A stretch of DNA of 10,055 bases from Octopus sinensis (GCF_006345805.1 NW_021827702.1:1-10055); one strand, 5' to 3'; shown: positions 1 through 7,799, counted from the first letter of the stretch. Numbers and translations: made by a program. The notes: generated by a model not told the origin, from the letters alone.

Positions 1-107
1 AACTACTAGGCTTGCAAAGAATAAAGTCTGGGGGTCAATTTCCTCGACTAAGGCGGTGCTCCAGCATGGCCGCAGTCAATGACTGAAAAGCAAAGAGTAA
101 AAGAGAG
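1..107 (+). mobile_element. 3' tail of a tRNA-derived SINE, cut by the window edge; same family as 6274-6644
   Basis: ggcttgcaaagaataaag...ggggtcaatt..ctcgactaaggcggtgctccagcatggccgcagtcaatgactgaaa...gtaaaaga aligns with 6551-6644, and a microsatellite follows it. Confidence 0.85.
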
Positions 108-121
108 TATGTATGTGTGTA

Positions 122-169
<48 letters not shown>

Positions 170-184
170 TGCTTGTATGTATAC
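108..184. repeat. (TA)n microsatellite with (TATG)/(TG) flanks
   Basis: Pure (TA)n at 126-166; this explains ORF 113..319. Confidence 0.95.
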
Positions 185-347
185 AAAAGAATGAAATGGT
201 ACTGGGCAACATACCAAATGATTAACACAAACCCTTCTCAAATGTTAGTAACATATATGAATTGTTATTTGCTTTCGTGCATAGTTTCAAATATTGCATT
301 CATGGGTTTGAAGATATAATAAGGAGCATGACTTGTTGTGCTCTTAC

Positions 348-404
348 CATAGCCTTCTTATGCTCCTTGGCATTTTCTTATAACATGTTATATGATAATG
401 TTTA
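348..404 (-). CDS. Candidate 57-nt internal exon (KHYHITCYKKMPRSIRRL); host gene unknown
   Basis: On the minus strand, the acceptor is ctcattttcaacAG| and the donor is ATG|GTAAGA. The length is divisible by 3 and only one frame is open (phase 2-2). No homolog recognised. Confidence 0.3.
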
Positions 405-1182
405 CTGTTGAAAATGAGTTATTTCGTTTAGGCTGATTAAAGATAATAAAAAAAAATAGAGAACATACAGAACTACTATGTAGCACACAAAAATCAATGA
501 GAACATTGTTAAATGATACGGAAAATCACTAGCTGGGATAGATTACACGAATGGTTGAGACTATAAAGGTAGAAAATGGGTCGCTGTAGATGAAAATCAA
601 GGGAAAACGTGGACAGAATATGATTGCTTTAGATATATATTTAAGTATTTATCTATTCAATCGATCAAGTGGTGGTATAATCTTCTAGTGTTGCAGTAGG
701 TACTTTTCGAAGTGGTGACACTAAGAGAACATCTCTGACCAAACATTTAGCCTGCAGATCCATACATTTTATTGAGTTGTGTGGTTCTTCTCAGGTATGC
801 ATTATGAATACTACACTTAAATTGAATAGTTTTATTGCATTCCTCTTCTCTGTATTTCTAAAAGAAAATATATGATTGAAATATCATTGTTTGAATTTGC
901 CACTTATGTACATATGTATGTTTGTATTAGTACATGTGTGCTTACTTTCAATGTTTGTCATTTCTTCTTCTTTGTCATTATTTCTTTGATTTTTATGGAA
1001 AACCTCCCAATAGTTGACTCAGCTGTTGCTCACATTGATGTTTAGTACCTGATCAGTCTTGATCCAATAGACACGTGATCTCAAATATTTGGCAACAGAC
1101 TTCAAACTTTGCTTTTGAGACCTGGGTATCAAGGTTTTGAAACTAATTTGTTTTTCATAACATTTCAGACAGATTCAGCTAC

Positions 1183-1353
1183 TGAAGCAGAAATATCTGC
1201 TCAATACCACAGATTCATTTATCACTTGCTTAACCTTAACCAGTTGAGCATGTCCCTTAGTGGCTGACAATATGTGCATCTCTGATCATGAGCAGTAACA
1301 GTGAGGGAACATCATAGCCATGTGTTGAGAGGGATTCCTAGGAGCTTGAATAA
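1183..1353 (+). mobile_element. Fragment of the (AAT)n-tailed retroposon family also present at 3221-3557
   Basis: 1300-1353 (agtgagggaacatcatagccatgtgttgagagggattcctaggagcttgaataa) matches the reverse complement of 3505-3557 (atgggggagcatcatggctatgtgttgaaaggaattcttggaggtttggataa). The 5' boundary is approximate. Confidence 0.7.
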
Positions 1354-1542
1354 ATATAACAAAAGCAAGGTCTGAAGGAACTATAGTCATTTTTCATACT
1401 TTCTAGAGGAAAGCAAATAAGAAATAGAAGTTGCTACTGAAGGACAAAACTCATGTTACACAGCATTATCAATGATGTTCTAACTGTAACCATCACATCC
1501 TTTATTTAGATCTAGTTTATTTCAGGTACATTATATAATACC

Positions 1543-1898
1543 GTCTGAGACCCCCTTCGGTCACGACACTGACCATGGGATTGCACCTAGAAAGTTACCT
1601 TCCTATGTACAAGTCCAGGCAAGGTTGTTTATGGAAGACCTGCAGTCGCCCATACATACCGACCTCCCCTCTCCATGCCACCATTGTTATCCAAAGGAAA
1701 CCAAGGGAAAGGCAAAGGGACCGATACAGCTTGGCACCTGTGATGTCGCAACTCATATTTCTGCAGCTGAATGAACTGGAGCAACGTGAAATAAAGTGTC
1801 TCGCTCAAGAACACAACACACAGCTCGATCTGGGATTCGAACTCACAACCTCACGATCATAAGCTCGACGCTCTAACCACTGAGCCACACGCCTTCAC
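1543..1898 (-). mobile_element. Apparently full-length tRNA-derived SINE with a CORE-like central domain
   Basis: The minus strand starts GTGAAGGCGTG. It has a Pol III A box TGGCTCAGTGG (1887-1877) and B box GAGTTCGAATCCC (1844-1832), then ttgagcgagacactttatttcacgttgctccag. Probable TSD atataatacc at 1533-1542 and 1921-1930. A second head copy lies at 7490-7602. Confidence 0.9.
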
Positions 1899-2348
1899 TA
1901 TATATGTAATATATATATACATATAATACCAACTCATTAGTATTGGTAGCTATACTGCTCCTTCACCTAAGGCCCAGAATGGAAGGGGAAAAGCTTCTTA
2001 CTATATTTTACACTCTGATATATGATGGTAAACTTTATGAAGTGCAATGTATTAGTCTCTTACCTTTGCACCTTCTGTTCATACTCACCCCTTATAATAT
2101 TGGATAGTTCTAGACCCTATCTCCTATGCAATCCATGCTACCACATCTTTTACCTTATCCCTCTCTTTTTTCTTAACCCCTGTCACTAATCACTCTCCTT
2201 TCCTGTCATACTCTCCATCCTTCCCATCATCCCTTCTTACTGTTCCCTAATGCCTCTGCCTAAGATTATGAACCACTGTCTCTTCTATTCTTCTTCAGCT
2301 ACACGAGCCACAGCTTTGCAAGTTATTAAGTAATCATCACCGATACTA

Positions 2349-2566
2349 ATGCCAAGAAAAAAAAGTACCAAGTACAGTTTGTAAAATGGTTAGCATTAGG
2401 AAGAGTATCCAATCATGGAAACCATTCCAAAGCAAACACTGGAGTTCAGTGCAGTCTTCCGGTTTGTCAGACGCTTTCGAATCCTCCAATTATCAGCTTG
2501 AAAGTCAGACACTGACCAATGACACTGATGACAATGGCAAGAATGATGACGACAATGATGATGAAG
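2349..2566 (+). mobile_element. Old, diverged 3' UTR/tail of an RTE-family retroposon
   Basis: tggttagcattaggaagagtatcca matches the reverse complement of tggatgcccttcctaacgccaacca in the 4414, 7861 and 9100 copies. It ends in a decayed (GAT/GAC)n tail. Confidence 0.7.
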
Positions 2567-2847
2567 TGGAGGCAGAGAAGGAGGAGGAGGAGGCTGTACT
2601 CTCAACAGTCTTGTTTCTATAGTTCTGAAGTTCTTGATGTCGATGTAGACGTCCAGGCCCAATCTGACAGAGTAAACTTAATAAGCATGTATAGGTGGAC
2701 AAATAACAAGGTGCAAAAACACACGAATCCATTGTACCAGATATTCCAAACCCTAACTTAACCTTTGCAGAAAAACAACCTTGCTGTACACTCAGACATG
2801 CAGTTGTTAATTGTACAGGGTCGAAGCCTGTCAGTCTAGACAAATAT
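2505..2847 (-). CDS. Candidate exon-containing unique segment (open frame YLSRLTGFDPVQLTTACLSVQQGCFSAK...IGPGRLHRHQELQNYRNK); product unknown
   Basis: A 112-codon open frame, mostly in non-repetitive sequence, with possible acceptors at 2848 (tttttaattaaaacAG) and 2664 (tttactctgtcAG). The Ser-rich end comes from simple repeats. No homolog recognised. Confidence 0.25.
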
Positions 2848-3162
2848 CTGTTTTAATTAAAAACACAAATTGGCTTTGACACTTACAACAGGTAGGGCAG
2901 GTAACTACATAAAATAATGTGTTGTATGTTTTTAAGTAAATATGATTACATAGCTTATAATAAGGGTCATGTTTCTTTTTTCTTCTTTTTTTTTTGTTTT
3001 GATGTATGATGGTAAGATCTTCATTAATGCCACACACCCAGTGATCAGAAATAAAATCTATTTTGACTTAAACTGATTGAGAAGACATACACGTTGACAT
3101 ACAGAGCTATTAAACTTGTAGTCTATAAGTAAATTATTTGACAGAATTGTCACCGAATGTTC

Positions 3163-3164
<2 letters not shown>

Positions 3165-3220
<56 letters not shown>
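3165..3220. repeat. (TTA)n microsatellite, probably the (AAT)n tail of the adjacent minus-strand retroposon
   Basis: Pure trinucleotide run abutting 3221. Confidence 0.95.
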
Positions 3221-3557
3221 GAGTGAGAGAGCAGTGCAGGCCATCAAAGTGACACTGAGGTAAAATATCCAAAGGCCAGTATACCCATTATGACTACCCG
3301 TCTGATAAGGGTACACCAGGCACATGCATCACACCCATATGTGCATGACATGGTGATCTTATATCACGATAAACAGCACATGATCTTGGAGGTAGGGCCC
3401 AGTTAGAATTTTCTTCTGGTCGAGTAACCCATCCCGCTCAAAAGGTCCCTGAATAAAGATTGTTTAAGGATGTTGAACGAACCACTCATGTTTCCAGAGG
3501 TGAATTATCCAAACCTCCAAGAATTCCTTTCAACACATAGCCATGATGCTCCCCCAT
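3221..3557 (-). mobile_element. 5'-truncated retroposon (SINE or LINE 3' end) with an (AAT)n tail
   Basis: A higher-GC block flanked by (ATT)n on both sides that shares sequence with 1300-1353. Strand is inferred from the pure tail at 3165-3220. Confidence 0.7.
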
Positions 3558-3609
3558 TATTATTATTATTACCATTATTATTATTATTATTATTACTATT
3601 ATTATTATT
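3556..3609. repeat. Imperfect (ATT)n microsatellite
   Basis: Directly visible. Confidence 0.95.
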
Positions 3610-3697
3610 GTTATATTTCGGAATGGTCATATTGCCAGTTTAGCCAATAAAAACACACGCTAAACTGGCAATATGACCATTCCGAAATATAACAATA
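3606..3697. repeat. Perfect 39-bp inverted repeat with a 14-nt spacer
   Basis: tattgttatatttcggaatggtcatattgccagtttagc (3606-3644) is the exact reverse complement of 3659-3697. The loop is caataaaaacacac. Confidence 0.97.
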
Positions 3698-3752
3698 TCT
3701 TTTTCAACACACGACTTCACATAAAAAATCTTGCACAACAAATATTTAAACG

Positions 3753-3793
3753 TATTATTATTATTATTATCATTATTATTATTATTATTATTA
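3753..3793. repeat. (TAT)n microsatellite
   Basis: Directly visible; it gives the poly-Asn in ORF 3640..3831. Confidence 0.95.
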
Positions 3794-3929
3794 AAGTAGT
3801 GAGCTGGAAGAATCATTAGCATGCCAGACAAAATACTCAGTGGCTTTTCAACAGTCTTTACATTCTGAGCTCAAATTCCTCTGAGGTGGACTCTTGTCTT
3901 TCATCCTGAAATAAGCACCAATCAAACAC
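3794..3929 (+). mobile_element. Diverged SINE 5' portion (second family; related copy at 7603-7690)
   Basis: gtgagctggaagaatcattagcatgccagacaaaatactcagtggc...tttacattctgagctcaaattcc aligns with gggagagtagcagaactgttagtgttgtcagcagaaatactttatggt...tctacactctcagttcaaatct. B-box-like GAGCTCAAATTCC. Confidence 0.65.
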
Positions 3930-3930
3930 C

Positions 3931-4195
3931 TGTGTGGCACTTTTGGGCAAGTGTTTTCTACAGTAGCCTCAGGCCAACAAAATCCTTATGAATAAATGAG
4001 AGATGACTGTCGTGTGTGTGTGTGAGTGTGTAATGTATGTATATAATATACGTGTGTGTGTCTGTGTGTTATATCTTTGTGTATGTGTCTGTTTCCTTGA
4101 CAACCAGTGTTGGTATATTTACATCCACGTAACTCAGTGGGTCAGTAAAAGAAAGCAACCAGGTTTATAAAAAATAAGTACTGGGTGGTTGATTT
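3931..4195 (+). mobile_element. Diverged, head-less copy of the 6274-6644 SINE with an internal (TG)n
   Basis: tgtgtggcacttttgggcaagtgttttctacagtagcctcaggccaac, then (TG)n, then cttgacaaccagtgttggtatatttacatccacgtaact and aataagtactggg; these are collinear with 6341-6580. Confidence 0.8.
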
Positions 4196-4413
4196 GAGTT
4201 GATTTGAGTTGAACTATTTCCTGTGCACATGACTGTCAGTGGACTGGACAGTTGAGGTCAAGCTGTGAGAGCATTAGACTCATTATTGATTCGGTGTTTG
4301 TTTGTTATTGTGCAAACGGTTATAATAAGATAGCCAACTCTTGTTACACTGCTTATTGTTATATGGTTATTTTTTGATACTCTAGTATATTGTTACACAC
4401 CACACACGAACAT

Positions 4414-4832
4414 ATCATCATCATCATCATTATTTAATATCTATTTCTCATGCTGGCATGGGCTGGACAGTTTGACAGCAACTGGCAAGACCAGGAGCCA
4501 CACAAGGTTCTATAGTCAGTTTTGACTTGAATTCTACAGCTGGATGCCCTTCCTAAAGCCAACCACTTTAAAGAGTGCACCAGGTGCTTTTCACATGGTA
4601 CCATTACCAATGCTTTTACCACGGCACCAGCACCCTAACCCTAACCAACTTGTTCAATCCTGTCGCGGTGGGTGGGTCTTCAAGGGGTCCAGTGATGTGT
4701 GGCACATCACAGTCCTTTGTCATCTCCTTTGTAGAGTACAGCATTTTGAGATCAGCCTTCAATACTTCATCCCACATCTTCCTGAGTCTTCCTCTTCCAC
4801 AACTCCCCTTCACCTTAAGTGGTCTGCATTTC
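4414..4832 (-). mobile_element. 5'-truncated RTE-clade LINE: ORF C-terminus, 3' UTR and (GAT)n tail
   Basis: The minus frame from 4831 reads KCRPLKVKGSCGRGRLRKMWDEVLKADLKML...MTKDCD, matching the RTE C-terminal motif G.R.RGRP..TW...V..DL.....M..DR..W. The 3' UTR contains ggatgcccttcctaa.gccaacc, and (ATC)n lies at 4414-4430. Confidence 0.8.
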
Positions 4833-4842
4833 TATATATATT

Positions 4843-4940
4843 TCTTTTATCTTTAACTTGTTTCAATCATTAGTCTGTGATCATGCTAAGGCACACCACC
4901 CTGAAAAACTTTTAGTTGAATGGGTCAACCCCAGGATATA
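4843..4940 (-). mobile_element. Old SINE 3' tail (6274-family), interrupted by the mariner and continuing at 5511-5550
   Basis: tctttaacttgtttcaatcattagtctgtgatcatgctaaggcac...tttagttgaatgggtcaaccccagga aligns with the reverse complement of 6570-6644. Confidence 0.75.
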
Positions 4941-4942
4941 TA

Positions 4943-5508
4943 TTGGGTTGTCCAGAAAGTTTGTGCCAATTTATAGTAGCTTACCTTTCGATTTATTTTA
5001 GAACATGGTTGAGTCCATAAAATAGGATTTGACTACACCTCCATTTAGAGCACAGTTTAAGCTATCTTTTCGTGGAAGAAGGTTTATGTTCCTATAATCT
5101 GTCTTAATTCTGTAATCCTTTAAAATGGAAGATAAGAAAGTTCCTTTTCGGCACTTGATGCTTTGGGAACCAGACAAAAATTGCTGCAGCTTGGCTGGGA
5201 TTTGTTACCCCACCCTCCATATTCACCAGATATTGCTCCTTCGGATTTCCACTTATTCAGGTCTCTGCAGAATAGTCTTAATGGTAAAAATTTTAATTCC
5301 TTGGATGACATAAAAAGATACCTTGATGAATTCTTTGCCATGAAACCACCTCAGTTCTGGGAAGAGGGTAATTTCAAGTTAAAGGAAAAATGGAGACACA
5401 TTGTGCAACAAAATGTTTCGTATTTGTTTGATTAAAAATGTAATGGCAAGTATTTATTGACCTTTTCCTTTCCTTTAAAAATTGTCATGAACTTTCCCAA
5501 CAGCCCAA
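4943..5508 (+). mobile_element. Non-autonomous, internally deleted mariner (Tc1/mariner) transposon, 566 bp
   Basis: TIRs TAttgggttgtccagaaagtttgtgccaattt (4941-4972) and aaattgtcatgaactttcccaacagcccaaTA (5479-5510) match at 25/32 positions including the TA target duplication. A transposase remnant lies inside. Confidence 0.95.
5125..5435 (+). pseudogene. Mariner transposase pseudogene: N-terminal 15 aa fused out of frame to the C-terminal 88 aa
   Basis: MEDKKVPFRHLMLWE (5125-5169) is followed by a frame change to TRQKLLQLGWDLLPHPPYSPDIAPSDFHLFRSLQNSLNGKNF...*. This contains the diagnostic HPPYSPD(L/I)APSD motif with the third catalytic Asp of DD34D. The HTH and first two catalytic Asp residues are missing. 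Confidence 0.93.
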
Positions 5509-6170
5509 TATTTTCTATTAAAACCTGATACTTTATTAGTCTCTTTTCCATACATATTTATGACCAAATTTGTGATTCTTTGTAAATATTTTAATGTTGA
5601 CAAAAACTAAAATTTTGTATATTAACAAACCTAAATATTCTGGGTATTTTTTTTATCTTTCTGTGCAATATATAAATTCATTAAATTCTTTATACAAAAG
5701 TCTAAACAAATATTTTTATTACTAAATAAAAAAAAAATATGAGTAGAGATGTAGAAATTTTAAGAAAGAAAAGAAGGAAAATAGAGGCTAAAATAATGAT
5801 AGAAAGAAAGAGTTAGTATGTGAATGAGGAAAAACGAAATTTATCACCAAGTAGAGAGATAAAAACAGGCAAAATAAGTGATGTGTGTGTGTGTGTTGTG
5901 TGATGACATCATCACTACATGAGAGCAAAACCACCTGTTATAATTATTATATTAAACACACGTATACTTGTTAAGTATTACAAATGCATTCTCTTTCTCA
6001 CACACATACACTCATATCCTGTAAAGATCCAGATAAGATATACTAAAAGCAAAAAAATGAAGAGTGCAACAGTTTAATGAGGTCAGTCCGATGAACTGTT
6101 ACAGGGGAATTTGTGTAGGATACAGCAGCTAACTTAGCTAACTTCAGACAAGTCAAATTGGGCCAGTCCA

Positions 6171-6174
6171 TATC

Positions 6175-6210
<36 letters not shown>

Positions 6211-6222
6211 AATATATATATC

Positions 6223-6273
<51 letters not shown>
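6171..6273. repeat. (TA)n microsatellite
   Basis: Directly visible. Confidence 0.95.
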
Positions 6274-6644
6274 GGCCGCAGGAGTGGCTGTGTGGTAAGT
6301 AGCTTGTTTACCAACCACATGGTTCTGGGTTCAGTTCCACTGCGTGGCATCTTGGGCAAGTGTCTTCTGCTATAGTCCCGGGCCAACCAATGCCTTGTGA
6401 GTGGATTTGGTAGACGGAAACTGAAAGAAGCCTGTCGTATATATGTGTGTGTGTGTGTGTTTGTGTGTCTGTGTTTGTCCCCCTAGCATTGCTTGACAAC
6501 CGATGCTGGTGTGTTTACGTCCCCGTCACTTAGCGGGATAGAATAAGTACTGGGCTTACAAAGAATAAGTACCGGGGTCGATTTGCTCGACTAAAGGCGG
6601 TGCTCCAGCATGGCTGCAGTCAAATGACTGAAACAAGTAAAAGA
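6274..6644 (+). mobile_element. Near full-length tRNA-derived CORE-like SINE with an internal (TG)n
   Basis: A box TGGCTGTGTGG at 6285-6295, B box GGTTCAGTTCC at 6328-6338, CORE-like CTTGGGCAAGTG at 6351-6362. The tail is shared with 1-107 and 4843-4940. (TA)n lies on both sides. Confidence 0.9.
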
Positions 6645-6734
6645 TATATATATATAATAATTATTTGAGGGAATATTATTCCTAACTTACAGGGAAAAAT
6701 TCAATTTAGAAATACTAAATCAAATTTTCTAATT

Positions 6735-7046
6735 TATATATATACACACACACAAATTTATATGTATAGACATATATATATAAACAAATATATATAAAAT
6801 GCATGCATAACTATATATAAAATATATGTATATGCTTGAGCATCCAATAACACAGTACTTGTTCCACGTCTTCGTGTTGTTGATTTTTCTTGCTTGTTTT
6901 TGTTTGGATTGACTATATATGTATACATACATACATACATACATACACACACACTCTTACAAACATATGCACATCTATATACATAGACATATATATTATA
7001 TCTATATATGCATATGTGCATGAATATATTACACACACATATACAC

Positions 7047-7090
<44 letters not shown>

Positions 7091-7204
7091 TATATATTTA
7101 AGTAGATGAATGAATTATCCTAGTATGGATAATTCGGTTAATCAATACCTGGGTAGCAAAGGAATTTTGTTAAAATCTTCATTCGACTCCATTCTTTTCA
7201 TTTA

Positions 7205-7268
<64 letters not shown>
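6735..7268. repeat. Compound (TA)n/(CA)n/(TACA)n/(GA)n microsatellite region with short complex islands
   Basis: Simple repeats at about 6735-6832 and 6914-7097, (TA)n at 7208-7242 and (GA)n at 7242-7268. Confidence 0.9.
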
Positions 7269-7272
<4 letters not shown>

Positions 7273-7273
<1 letters not shown>

Positions 7274-7374
7274 GCACAGACATGGCTTCACAACAATATG
7301 GTTCTAGATTCAGTCCTATTGTGTTGTACCTCAGCAAGTGTCTTTTACTCAGACTGACCAAAACTTTGTGAAGT
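7273..7374 (+). mobile_element. Highly diverged 5' part of the 6274-family SINE
   Basis: atatggttctagattcagtcctattgtgttgtacctcagcaagtgtctttt...gaccaaaactttgtga parallels acatggttctgggttcagttccactgcgtggcatcttgggcaagtgtcttct...aaccaatgccttgtga. Confidence 0.65.
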
Positions 7375-7489
7375 CTCTTGATGATTCCATGAAATAATGT
7401 TTCAATTCCTTTCCCTCATTGAGAGACATGTGTTTCTCTCTATTTCCTTTTCTTTCTTATTAAGCGTGTGTGTGTGTGTGTGTGTAAAT

Positions 7490-7602
7490 GTGATCCAGTG
7501 GTTAGGGTGTTGCACTCACGATTGTGAGACCATGGTTTCAATTTGCAGACCAGGCAGCAAGTTGTTTTGTAGAGCAACACACTGCATTTCACATTGCTCA
7601 GT
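7490..7602 (+). mobile_element. Diverged tRNA-like head of the 1543-1898 SINE family
   Basis: gtgatccagtggttagggtgttgcactcacgattgtgag...gagcaacacactgcatttcacattgctcagt aligns with gtggctcagtggttagagcgtcgagcttatgatcgtgag...gagcgagacactttatttcacgttgctccagt. Confidence 0.75.
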
Positions 7603-7690
7603 GGGTGGGAGAGTAGCAGAACTGTTAGTGTTGTCAGCAGAAATACTTTATGGTATACCTTCTAGCTCTCTACACTCTCAGTTCAAATCT
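7603..7690 (+). mobile_element. Diverged SINE 5' fragment related to 3794-3929
   Basis: Collinear similarity to 3796-3880; B-box-like AGTTCAAATCT. Confidence 0.55.
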
Positions 7691-7799
7691 AGGGAGAAAG
7701 AAAATGGCTATAAGAGGAATCAGATGTGAAGAGAGGAAGAGAGGAAAAAACAATGGTATGCACATCATAATCCTGATGCAAAACAACCTCTGAAGTTCT

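Noticed and set aside
113-319. ORF with YIYIYI, and the similar ORFs at 6729-7307 and 8340-8711
   Set aside because: These are translations of (TA)n/(TG)n/(CA)n microsatellites.
1575-1862. 95-aa and 61-aa ORFs
   Set aside because: They lie entirely within a non-coding SINE.
1825-1898. Possible tRNA gene on the minus strand
   Set aside because: A and B boxes are present but there is no proper acceptor stem, and the sequence continues into a SINE body with another copy at 7490.
2055-2300. Two consensus minus-strand donors (GTAAGA, GTGAGT) next to a pyrimidine-rich tract
   Set aside because: No suitable upstream acceptor on that strand, and the sequence is low complexity.
2520-2540. CTGATGA hammerhead-core motif
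   Set aside because: It is part of a decayed (GAT)n tail, with no flanking stems or correctly placed GAAA.
2623-2671. Plus-strand 49-nt exon SEVLDVDVDVQAQSDR
   Set aside because: The donor (AGA|GTAAAC) is weak, no homolog was recognised, and it conflicts with the better-supported minus-strand sites. Not formally excluded.
2763-2847. Resemblance of LSRLTGFDPVQLTTACLSVQQGCF to cyclin C-terminal helices
   Set aside because: Too short and weak to assign without a profile search.
4188-4212. 10-bp tandem duplication (gatttgagtt)2
   Set aside because: A trivial slippage duplication at a SINE end.
4634-4648. Telomere-like (CCCTAA)2
   Set aside because: Only two units, inside a LINE 3' UTR, which is expected by chance.
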